Origin: an uncultured Nitrososphaerota archaeon
GTDB lineage: Archaea; Thermoproteota; Nitrososphaeria; Nitrososphaerales; Gagatemarchaeaceae
Direction: 5' to 3'
DNA: 32,000 bases
Assembly (NCBI GenBank): GCA_963718895.1
Contig: CAVRAG010000008.1
Span: 462,605 to 494,604, forward strand
Every line of letters begins with the position of its first letter. Position 1 is the stretch's first letter. Under the pieces are notes generated by a model that had not been told where the DNA came from, ran no database searches, and worked only from the letters and a program-made list of their open reading frames with translations. This document shows, in pieces, positions 1 through 8,145 of this stretch. Made by a program: the position numbers and the translations under genes.

Positions 1-752
1 ACGCCAAGTCTCTTAGAGGTAACCGTCTCGATTAAGCACGATTGAAACTGAGTGATCTCACCAGGTCACCATGGTAGGTTTGATGGGACAAGTGAGATTT
101 GAACCTAAAGTCGGACTCCCGCCCGGGACACTTGAGCCCACAGGTCGAGTTCCCGCGTGGCCCTTCATGGGGTTTCTTGTTTTTTGCATTTTGAACTCGA
201 GAAGGGATGAACGGGTCCTGGTTGACTTTCCTCTCCTAAACCAAACTGAGAACTGGATGTGTGTACGGTCCTGTTGGAAGATGATGCTGGACTATGCTAA
301 CAAACACATGTTGACAGAACCGAAACCATCTCTTGACGAAGAGGTAATCTCCGAGATAGTCAACACAACTAGGAGTGGCGCATGTTTGATGAATGTTGCT
401 TACTAAACAAAGAAAAATCTATTGTGTCGGCCGTGCCTTCCTTCAAGGCGGGGCCTCACAGGATGGCAATAAGCTCTGCCGTGCTATGGGACAAGCGTCG
501 AAGCCATGGGTCAGCGCTCGTTCTTGGCCGAGTCTATCGCGGGACTCGACGGTCTTCCTTGGGGATTAACGCGCGCACGGCTAGCGCTTCCCGCCGCCTC
601 TGGAAGGGTGGCGAAGTAGACATCTAGGATGTCCTTGTAGCAGTTCAATCCCCTTGTTCCTCCGAAAAACGTCCCGGGGGGTTAGTCAAGAGACTGATGC
701 CCTCCCCCTAGGGTCCCGGAGCGATCACTCTCCATGACCACACATTCTCAAG

Positions 753-2084
753 CTAGATGCTCGTGACGATCAGATACGTGTTGAATATGAGGATCAGGGT
801 GACGCTGACCAACGCGGCGAGCGTCGTGGCGTGACTGTTCACGAACTCCCCCATGAACTTCTTCTTGGAGGTGTAATAGACGAGGGGAATCATCGGCAGG
901 GGGATCATCAGGCTCAGGACTACCTGACTGTAGACAAGCAGGTGGAGGGGATCGATTCCCAGCAGGACCGCGATGGTGGTGGGGAAGACGTTCACGAATC
1001 TCGTCACTATTCTCCTCGCCCAGATGTTCCAATGCTTGCCGATGAGCCCTTCCATTATCACCTGGCCCGCGATCGTCCCGAGGGTCGACGACGAGAGGCC
1101 CGATGCGAGAAGGGTCACGACGAAGACGGTGCCGACCACCGGCGCGAATATCGTCCCGAGCTGCGTCACAGCCTGCCCTATGGTGATGTTCACGTTAGGG
1201 TAGAGGGGAATCGCGACGAGCAGTATGCCTACGTTTACGATCCCGGCGATCGTCAGCATCACCACCGTCTCCCACTTATGGAGGTTCAGCGTCCTGTGTC
1301 TCTCCTCCGGTGTGAACTGATTGTCGCCCTCCTTCGCCCCGGGGATCTTCCTACCCGTGAGGTCCATCTTGTTCTTCGCCAGCCAGGAGTGAACGAACAG
1401 GGCGTGGGGCATCACTGTCGCCCCGATTATTCCTACCACCAGAAGGAGAGCGTCGCTGCCCAGAGGGGCGATCGTGACCGAGTGGATTGCGACCTGGCCC
1501 AGATCGGGCTTGACGACGGCCAGCTGCCAGAGGAACCCGACGACGAGGACGCTGACGAGGAGCATGAACATCCGTTCTATGATGTGGTATCTCCGAGTCA
1601 TCAATGTCATTATCAGCAGCACGTCCAGGGCGCCGAAGATGGCTGCGTACAGGAGAGGCACCCCGAAGAGCAGGTTCAGGGCTATCACGGTCCCGAGATA
1701 CTCTGCTAGGTCGGTCGCAGTCGCGGCTGCCTCCGCGGCCAACCAATAGGGCACCACGAAAGCCTTTCGCACCAGCGAGCTCTTGACGAGTTCGGGCAGG
1801 GATCGGTCGGTGGCTATCCCGAGCTTGCCGGACAGGTACTGGAGAATCATGGCCATCGCCGAAGCGAGCCAGACCGCCCAGATGAGGTCGTACTTGAAAC
1901 CGGCCCCGCCGGCCAGGTCTGTGCCGTAGTTGCCGGGGTCCATGTACGCTATTGACACCATCAGAGCTGGGCCTAGGTAGACGAGGAAATCGTGAAGACG
2001 ACGGCGGGCCTCAGTCGGAGGCCGGATGGTTCCCTTGATGATGTCCTCCGGCGGTTCAAGTGTCCTCCTCTTGGGTCCACGCAT
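753..2084 (-). CDS. mntH: Nramp-family divalent metal (Mn2+/Fe2+) transporter
   Basis: 443-aa multi-TM ORF with the Nramp signature '[11 protein letters not shown]' near the N-terminus and 'GATVMPHALFVHS'. It is collinear with the second Nramp copy at 3462-4756. It ends in TAG. Confidence 0.93.
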   Translation of the reverse strand: MRGPKRRTLEPPEDIIKGTIRPPTEARRRLHDFLVYLGPALMVSIAYMDPGNYGTDLAGGAGFKYDLIWAVWLASAMAMILQYLSGKLGIATDRSLPELVKSSLVRKAFVVPYWLAAEAAATATDLAEYLGTVIALNLLFGVPLLYAAIFGALDVLLIMTLMTRRYHIIERMFMLLVSVLVVGFLWQLAVVKPDLGQVAIHSVTIAPLGSDALLLVVGIIGATVMPHALFVHSWLAKNKMDLTGRKIPGAKEGDNQFTPEERHRTLNLHKWETVVMLTIAGIVNVGILLVAIPLYPNVNITIGQAVTQLGTIFAPVVGTVFVVTLLASGLSSSTLGTIAGQVIMEGLIGKHWNIWARRIVTRFVNVFPTTIAVLLGIDPLHLLVYSQVVLSLMIPLPMIPLVYYTSKKKFMGEFVNSHATTLAALVSVTLILIFNTYLIVTSI

Positions 2085-2117
2085 CTACTCATGGAGACGA
2101 TAACATATGTATTTAAC

Positions 2118-2131
2118 TTAGATGTATCTAA
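2118..2131. promoter_or_regulatory. Candidate DtxR/MntR operator: palindrome TTAGA-tgta-TCTAA in the mntH promoter
   Basis: Perfect 5-4-5 inverted repeat 34-47 nt upstream of the mntH start (2084), inside an AT-rich promoter. More TCTAA/TTAGA half-sites lie at 2146-2160. The same architecture occurs upstream of the second Nramp gene (3413-3426). The TTAG...CTAA ends resemble the IdeR/DtxR box TTAGGTTAGCCTAACCTAA. Confidence 0.45.
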
Positions 2132-2237
2132 CACTTATCGAGATATCTAATTTATTTAGACTGACATAAACCTCTTTGGCGGTCCTAATCCCTTCGAGGT
2201 CTGGGTGGAGGCTGCGAAGAGAGTGTTGTTCGTCAGG

Positions 2238-2366
2238 TCAGTCCTCACAGGTCCCGCACAGCTTCGGCGGGAGGAAGTGCATTACGCCGTTGCTGTCGCG
2301 GTAGACCTCGTAGTCCTCGGTTTTGAGCTTGCGTGCGGGTTCTTTCTCTTTCTTCGTCTCGGTCAT
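2238..2366 (-). CDS. Small hypothetical protein (42 aa), Lys/Glu-rich N-terminus, C-terminal CGTC
   Basis: Hand translation of the minus strand gives MTETKKEKEPARKLKTEDYEVYRDSNGVMHFLPPKLCGTCED*. It is below the ORF-track size cut-off. Codon choice (GAG/AAG/GAC) resembles neighbouring genes. No homology recognised. Confidence 0.25.
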   Translation of the reverse strand: MTETKKEKEPARKLKTEDYEVYRDSNGVMHFLPPKLCGTCED

Positions 2367-2876
2367 GGAGGCTCGGGAGCGCGGCCGAGGCTATAATGAC
2401 CGGATTGCAGTGTAGTAGCTAGCTCGAGAGATAGCTGAAAGTGGGCGAGCGGGAACGTAACTTAGTCTGCCCTCTGTTCGAGAGACCTTATCCAATTTCC
2501 GTCGTTTTCGGGTAAGGTATGTCGGTCATTGCAACCGTTGACGTCGGCTATCATCACCAGTCAGGCCGGACCCAAGTCCACAACAACGTTCTGAACCCCG
2601 AAAACCGGTTCTCTACCTCCATTTGTTCAAGCACGGTTTGTCGTTTCGCAATTCCTCCTTAAACGCGTCCGCCCGCTCTGTTGATGGATTCAGCCGGTCC
2701 CCCGTTCTTCCTTCCAGGATCGGACGCTATTCCCTGACTGAGGATCTATCCCCGCGGCGGCGCTCGTCTCCAACGGGCGGATAGTCAATAACCTCTGTAG
2801 TCCAACATGTGACTTGAAAATCAATCAGACCAGAGGTGAGAGTTCGACGGTGAACCCAGGAAAGCCAATCGCCCTC

Positions 2877-3317
2877 TCACGTTTCCAGCTTTTCTGCCAT
2901 CGCAGCCAAGTAAGTCTGATTTTTCCGAAGAAAGTCCACCATCCGCTCTATCTTGTGAATTGTCATTGGGTGCAGGTAATGTTCGATTCCTTCAGCATCT
3001 TCGTCCGCCACCCGTTTCTCCACGTCGATCATGGATAGAAACTCTGAGATTATTGCATGTCTTGAGATTACCGATTTTGCGATCTTCGCGCCCTCGTCCG
3101 TCAACCTGATGCTTCGGTAGGGCTCGTGCACCAGGTAATCCTTTGCGGCCAGTCTCCGCAGCATAATAGAGACCGTTGGGGGTCTGACTCGAAGCTTCTC
3201 TGCGATTTCTGCCGTGCTTGCATAGCCCTTTTCTTGGATCAGATGGTAGATTACCTCGAGGTAGTCTTCCAGCCTCGAATTCCCTCCTCGCTGCTCAGCC
3301 TGGTTAGCTCCCGCCAA
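2877..3317 (-). CDS. mntR: DtxR/MntR-family metal-dependent transcriptional repressor (two-domain, no SH3 domain)
   Basis: 146 aa. N-terminal wHTH 'LEDYLEVIYHLIQEKGYASTAEIAEKLRVRPPTVSIMLRRLAAKDYL' followed by the dimerisation/metal-binding helix region 'RLTDEGAKIAKSVISRHAIISEFL'. It sits between two Nramp genes. Confidence 0.88.
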   Translation of the reverse strand: MAGANQAEQRGGNSRLEDYLEVIYHLIQEKGYASTAEIAEKLRVRPPTVSIMLRRLAAKDYLVHEPYRSIRLTDEGAKIAKSVISRHAIISEFLSMIDVEKRVADEDAEGIEHYLHPMTIHKIERMVDFLRKNQTYLAAMAEKLET

Positions 3318-3374
3318 TTCATCCCTCGCTTGCAGAGAAGCAGGTAGCCGCGCATTAAAAGGGTTTTTGAAAAG

Positions 3375-3388
3375 TTAGGCGCACCTAC
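3375..3388. promoter_or_regulatory. Imperfect DtxR-box-like site TTAGG-cgca-CCTAC
   Basis: Same 5-4-5 layout as the two perfect palindromes, with TAGG/CCTA arms. It lies in the divergent mntR / Nramp-2 intergenic region, nearer mntR. Confidence 0.25.
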
Positions 3389-3412
3389 AAAATGATGAGT
3401 ACTATAATCATG

Positions 3413-3426
3413 TTAGAGTCATCTAA
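3413..3426. promoter_or_regulatory. Candidate DtxR/MntR operator: palindrome TTAGA-gtca-TCTAA upstream of the second Nramp gene
   Basis: Perfect 5-4-5 inverted repeat 36-49 nt upstream of the ATG at 3462. Half-sites and spacing are identical to 2118-2131. Confidence 0.45.
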
Positions 3427-3461
3427 GTTTAAATAACTGATGTAACTCTCTCTCAAGAGCC

Positions 3462-4756
3462 ATGCGTGCGCCTTGGAGTCGGTCTCTGAAATCACCAGAG
3501 GAACTCGAGGCAGAGAAGGAGGAAAGGGTTCGCAACCACATTTCTCCGCGCGCCGTGCTCGTCTATCTCGGTCCCGCCCTGATTGTCAGCATGGCCTACA
3601 TGGATCCGGGGAACTATGGGACAGACATCCAGAGCGGCGCTTCATTCGCGTACGACCTTCTGTGGGCGGTCTGGATGGCCAACCTGATGGCCATGGCGTT
3701 GCAGTACCTTTCCGGGAAGCTGGGAATTGCGACTGGGAAGGACCTCGCCCAGGCTAGGTCCGCGGATCCCTCAAGACGAGGAAGCTAATCATTCCCTATT
3801 GGCTGGCTGCAGAGGCAGCGGCGGCGGCGACGGACCTCGCCGAGTACCTGGGTACCGTCATCGCGCTCAACCTGCTCTTCGGGGTGCCCCTCCTGTACGC
3901 AGCCATCTTCGGCGCGGGCGACGTGATTATCCTCCTGGCGCTGACGTCAAAACGCTTTCGGGTCATCGAATACTTCTTCATGCTCTTCGTTTCCATGATA
4001 ACCATAGGTTTTCTCTATCAGGTAATCCTGATAGGGCCGAACCTGTCTAACATCATGTACCACTCCGTTGCCGTGTCAATCAGCGGCAAGACCGTCCTGC
4101 TGGTGGTCGGGATAGTGGGCGCAACAGTGATGCCGCATGCGCTCTTCGTCCACTCCACGCTCACAAGGAACAAACTGACCACGGCGAGCATTGAGGAGAA
4201 GAGGAGGCACCGGAGGCTACACCTCAGGGAGGTCGTCGGTACCCTCACCATCGCCGGTCTCGTCAACGTCGCAATCCTCGTCTCGGCCGCGGCCGCTTTT
4301 CATGCCAACTACAGCGGTGTATCCACGATCAACCAGGCCTACGAAGTGATGGTGCCTCTGTACGGCTACCTTGCAGGTACCGTATTCGCACTGACGCTGC
4401 TCGCTTCGGGCCTCGCTTCTTCCACCACGGGCACGCTGGCGGGCATGGCCATGATGGATGGGCTGTTGGGGACTCATGTAAACAAGAACCTCCGTAGGAT
4501 CGTGACGAGATTGATCAACGTCTTTCCCACCACGATCGCCGTCTTGATAGGGCTCAATCCTCTGTCACTGCTGATTTACAGCCAAGTGATTCTGAGCCTG
4601 ATGATACCACTACCGATGATTCCTTTGATTATCTACACGAATAGTAGAAAGGTGATGGGCGAGTTCGTGAACAGGAAGATCACCACGATTCTTGGGATTC
4701 TCTGTGCCGTCACCATCATCTCCCTGAACATCGCGCTGCTCTACAACGCGCTTTAG
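3462..4756 (+). pseudogene. mntH: Second Nramp/MntH paralog with its reading frame broken by a single-base indel near 3753-3758
   Basis: The N-terminal 108-aa ORF (3462-3788, '[11 protein letters not shown]...[14 protein letters not shown]') runs out of frame. Nramp homology resumes in the next frame from 3758 ('[52 protein letters not shown]...') and continues to 4756. It stays collinear with mntH 753-2084 ('VKSSLVRKAFVVPYWLAAEAAATATDLAEYLG'). Confidence 0.85.
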
Positions 4757-5086
4757 GGCGTTGATCGGGCAGCAGGTCACAGGTACCCTCAAGGCGCTGC
4801 TCCTATGGGGACGTCGGAAGCGGGTGGTAAGAGTGATCGAGTTCTTTCCCACCCGCGAAGACTATGCGAAGAAGTTCGGCACCTGACCTTTACGAGAAAA
4901 CCTTCCAGGGTTCCCTGATGGGATTCCCACCTTCGCGCAGAACTCTCGAAAGCGAGGGTCCTTTCGCAGCTCTTCGAAGAATGGGAGGTATCTGATCAGA
5001 TAGTGCCAAGAGTGTGTCTCGGTCTGGTCCACTTGGACTCGGCGGTTCTGGCGACTGCCGATCGGTGCTTCAGGTTCGGACGGGTT

Positions 5087-5584
5087 CTAGGTCTTCACCA
5101 CTATTTCGCCTTGGTGGCTGGGGTGGTAGGAGCAGTAGTATGGGTAGACCCCAGGCTGAGTGAACGTGAAGGTGTACACTTGGTTATGGGACAAGTCTCC
5201 ACCGGAGAATGTTCCGTTCACCGAGACCACATCGTGAACGATCGTATCCTGATTGACCCAGACCACAGTGTTGTTGACTCCAATCATGACCGTCACGTTC
5301 CCGGGCTCGAACTGAGCGTAGGGATATCCCCACCCGTACGGTATGTAGACATAGGTCGCGTTGGGCGGAGGGACAGCCACAGAAGTCGTGGTCGTGCTGA
5401 TTGAGGTAATGCTGCCATAGTTTGTGAAAGAGTACATCTGACTCGATATCGTCACCGTTCGTGAAGAGAGAGGATTGACGTAGACGAATGCGATCGTGGC
5501 GATGATTAGAATCAGAGCAACAAGAGGTCCTCCGTCGCGTTTGAGCGTTCGATTCCTTGTCTCGCGAGAGGTTTCCAAGTTCAC
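5087..5584 (-). CDS. Membrane-anchored type-1 (blue) copper protein, plastocyanin/amicyanin-like cupredoxin
   Basis: 165 aa. N-terminal TM anchor 'PLVALILIIATIAFVYV'. Cupredoxin core 'VMIGVNNTVVWVNQDTIVHDVV...YPYYCSYHPSHQGEIVV', with the His ligand in VHD and a C-x2-H loop. Paralogous to 11509-11958 and to the C-terminus of 11960-12997. Confidence 0.8.
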   Translation of the reverse strand: MNLETSRETRNRTLKRDGGPLVALILIIATIAFVYVNPLSSRTVTISSQMYSFTNYGSITSISTTTTSVAVPPPNATYVYIPYGWGYPYAQFEPGNVTVMIGVNNTVVWVNQDTIVHDVVSVNGTFSGGDLSHNQVYTFTFTQPGVYPYYCSYHPSHQGEIVVKT

Positions 5585-5962
5585 ATCTCACATTCCGATA
5601 GACTCGGTGTCCGTATTCCAGAAAGCGGTTTGATTCCGCATCGCTGCGTTGGGAGGTGTGGCTATTCCTCCGACTCCCGATCCTGCCTCGCCGCCGAGCG
5701 CGGAGAAGGATTTGTCTTTGCCTGGGCGAGCCAGATATCTAGTAAGGGAAGACAAGAGCTCCAATCACACTTCGGCGAGGCTGTTTGTCTATTTAATCGG
5801 GACGTTTACTTTTGTAATTCACGAAGCCCTGATGCAAGGTACACTGGCCAGTGATGCTTCGGGTACATGGGCGCTGCGCGATTCTCTTTGCTAATCTAAC
5901 GGGGAAGTGAAACAACAGGATTGTGGTTGGACGAACTCATCGCGTATGCGTCGAGAGTGAAC

Positions 5963-6712
5963 TCAACTGTCCAGCGCTAAAGTGTGCGAGTGTTCTCTGA
6001 AGATTTCGATAAAACGCGGTATCAGTTCCGAGTTTCTTTCAATTGAGATAAGATACCGCGGGAGCCGCGATTCCTTGCCCTCCGTCGACGTACGCTCCAT
6101 CATGAATGGCTCACCCCACACTGATAGAAGGCCCTCTTTGGATCTATCACCATTTGTGATTAACCCGAATGAGATATTTCCCAAGTCTTCTGCAAAGATA
6201 GGCTCCCCTAACTTCTCGCGCCCAGCATGATTCTCTAATTTTGGGGTGACAAACTTTTGCCAAAGGATTTTCTCAGAATTCCTCAGTACTATTCTGATTC
6301 GAGTAGTTTTCGGATTAGATAATACGTCGCCCATGAAAGCATCAAAGAGAGTTTGAGATCTGAACATATCCACGCAAATGTTAAACCACCATAGTTCCCC
6401 CACGTTCTTTGCTGTGAATTGGCTGGTGAATGCAACGAGCTGATTTGAGGGGACTAACTTCAAGTCTGAGCTACCTACCGATACTTTGATAGCGCGAATG
6501 TCGTCGATCATCCCCAGTAGCGCTTCATGCTCCTTTCGTGCCTTTGCACCTTCAGCCGAACTTTCGAGCGCGAACACAGCAACTATCAGGAGCGTGAGTG
6601 AAATTATTTCCTGAATAGAAAGAACGCCTAGAGTTTCGAGAACTATGCCTACGACTGCAGCTATGACGAGAGCAATCCTATGCCATTCCAGATCCATTCC
6701 GAGTCCTCTCAT
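5963..6712 (-). CDS. Hypothetical protein: two N-terminal TM helices plus a soluble domain of about 170 aa
   Basis: 249-aa ORF in a visibly AT-richer segment. N-terminal hydrophobic helices 'IALVIAAVVGIVLETLGVL' and 'IISLTLLIVAVFALE'. No family recognised. Confidence 0.55.
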   Translation of the reverse strand: MRGLGMDLEWHRIALVIAAVVGIVLETLGVLSIQEIISLTLLIVAVFALESSAEGAKARKEHEALLGMIDDIRAIKVSVGSSDLKLVPSNQLVAFTSQFTAKNVGELWWFNICVDMFRSQTLFDAFMGDVLSNPKTTRIRIVLRNSEKILWQKFVTPKLENHAGREKLGEPIFAEDLGNISFGLITNGDRSKEGLLSVWGEPFMMERTSTEGKESRLPRYLISIERNSELIPRFIEIFREHSHTLALDS

Positions 6713-7073
6713 CCGAATCCTTCGATAGTCGATTCTTGTGAGATATGTAAAACTACCGAAAGGTGTCTTCGATTTGCCTTGGGATCCACTGCATTCTAAT
6801 TGGTTTTGAAATCCAAGAGATCGATTGTCATCAGATGCCTAGGATTTAGGTTCCTTCCCCCTCTGGTACTTCTTGTTAACTAGTTCAGGTGGGAATTCTC
6901 TTTTAGCGTTTCGGTTCAGACCCATGGATAGCCTTGACAGGTAAGACAATGTAGAGATACTCCAACGCCTTGTCTACTTCCACTCCACCGCGGCGCTGTT
7001 TGACGTCATGATGAGGAATCCCCAAACGATTTGGGCCAATTCTTAAACGCACTATCAGAAACTAGGACAAGTA

Positions 7074-7568
7074 ATGAACTTGACCGAACTTCTGGAGGCG
7101 GAACATGCTTCTTTGCGCGTGTATTTCAGGCATCTTCGTTATCTGAATTCTGACTTTCTCTTTGAACTCGACGATTTCGTCACTAATTGCCATGCGAAAA
7201 TCGAAGACGAAGTGGTCTTTCCGGAAATGAGGATGGCCCATGGGACCGAGGATAAGAATATTGAGAACATCACAAAGAGAATGGAAGAGGAGCACAAACT
7301 GCTTCAGATGCTCGGGAATAATCTGCGAACAATCGTCGCGGAAGGAAATGAGGAGCTTGACAAGAACAAGGTGCTGCTCTACGCGGATACCCTGGAATCG
7401 CACAACTCAAGCGAAGAAACGCTTCTCTTCCCAAGTTGGGATAAGGTCAGTATTGAGAAGGAAAGTGAAGCGGCTTCTCGGGCTAGGGGAATCATCGACG
7501 GTTACGGGTTTGAACGTTATCTCAGGGTGACGGGGTTTTCACAGGAGTTCATGAACTTGCTGGAGTGA
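7074..7568 (+). CDS. Hemerythrin-like (HHE cation-binding) domain protein
   Basis: 164 aa with spaced His/Glu motifs typical of hemerythrin four-helix bundles: 'LEAEHASL', 'CHAKIEDEVVFPE', 'MEEEHKLL', 'LESHNSSEETLLFP'. Confidence 0.6.
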   Translation: MNLTELLEAEHASLRVYFRHLRYLNSDFLFELDDFVTNCHAKIEDEVVFPEMRMAHGTEDKNIENITKRMEEEHKLLQMLGNNLRTIVAEGNEELDKNKVLLYADTLESHNSSEETLLFPSWDKVSIEKESEAASRARGIIDGYGFERYLRVTGFSQEFMNLLE

Positions 7569-8145
7569 CGTTCATTCGGAGATACCGCGTGGCTTGAGGA
7601 CCCACGTCAGGCGGGCTTCATGGCGCCGTCCGGGGGCGCCGCACAATTCTGCCTCTTCGAACGGGGCTGGTGCAGGGCGAGGAAGCTCCCGACCATGTGC
7701 GAGGCTCCTTTCATCGCGACAATCGGCGACAACACATCGACAGACGTCCAGCTCAAGACTCCCTACCTTCTCTTGGTGCCAAAGGCAGGCCGGGAGTGAA
7801 GAAACCAGGGACTTTGGCAACACCGCGCAAGCACTGCTGGCGCAACTCACCGGACCTTCGAAGGGCCAGTCCATAGAGGCGCCTAGGGTGGACGGAGTTG
7901 GCCCGGCGGAGCATCTCCTGCACGAACTCGTCTTTCTTTCCCCAATCCATCGAGGTCATCTGTGGCTGCTACGGCGTGGCTCGCTCCATACTTCAGGACA
8001 CCCCCCGGGGCATTAACCCCGCCGAAGGTCGCTGCTTGTCAGCACCCATACGCGTGGGGCAAGATCTCATCGGCCCCACTCATTCTCGCGATTTCAGGCG
8101 TCTAATCCCAACGGCTAGAGAGAAGGAGGTCAGCCAGGGAAGGGG

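Noticed and set aside
85-108. Second tRNA 3'-end-like string on the minus strand (GGTTCAAATCTCACTTGTCCCA)
   Set aside because: Only a T-loop heptamer plus a plausible acceptor/CCA-like tail is present. No 5' acceptor strand (GGGACAA-like), D-arm or anticodon arm could be found within 300 nt. TTCAAAT heptamers are expected a few times by chance in 32 kb. It is left as unsupported, though an archaeal tRNA search over 1-300 would settle it.
100-125. Resemblance of 'cctAAAGTCggaCTCCcgcc' to the RNase P RNA CR-I motif (GAGGAAAGTCCGGGCTC), and of 20735-20760 'GCCCCGGAAGGAAAAGGG' to the SRP RNA helix-8 motif
   Set aside because: The other conserved RNase P elements (ACAGAA..GGCTTA and so on) are absent or in the wrong order. 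The SRP-like string lacks the flanking helices. These are partial matches only.
71-627. Track ORFs 71-406 (+) and 382-627 (+)
   Set aside because: No recognisable domain, odd composition and no promoter or operon context. The second lies in the GC-rich hairpin-rich block discussed as a possible RNA. There is insufficient support to call CDSs.
831-1709. 292-aa plus-strand ORF antisense to mntH, plus other nested ORFs at 748-1032, 1351-1746 and 1474-1786
   Set aside because: It overlaps a strongly supported Nramp gene. The translations are Arg/Asp/His/Pro-rich low-complexity sequence typical of off-frame or antisense reading of GC-rich coding DNA.
3391-3440. C/D-box sRNA-like pattern (ATGATGA ... 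CTGA) in the mntR / Nramp-2 intergenic region
   Set aside because: There are no internal D'/C' boxes or terminal stem. The boxes sit inside an AT-rich promoter and flank the operator palindrome, so this is most likely coincidental.
4860-5086. Minus-strand open frame '...VDQTETHSWHYLIRYLPFFEELRKDPRFREFCAKVGIPSGNPGRFSRKGQVPNFFA*' directly downstream of the cupredoxin stop
   Set aside because: The 'DPRF.EF..KVGIP' tail resembles C-termini of some TPR/regulatory proteins. However, the frame has no ATG, is shorter than 60 codons and has no upstream continuation. It is possibly a gene remnant, but there is not enough to annotate.
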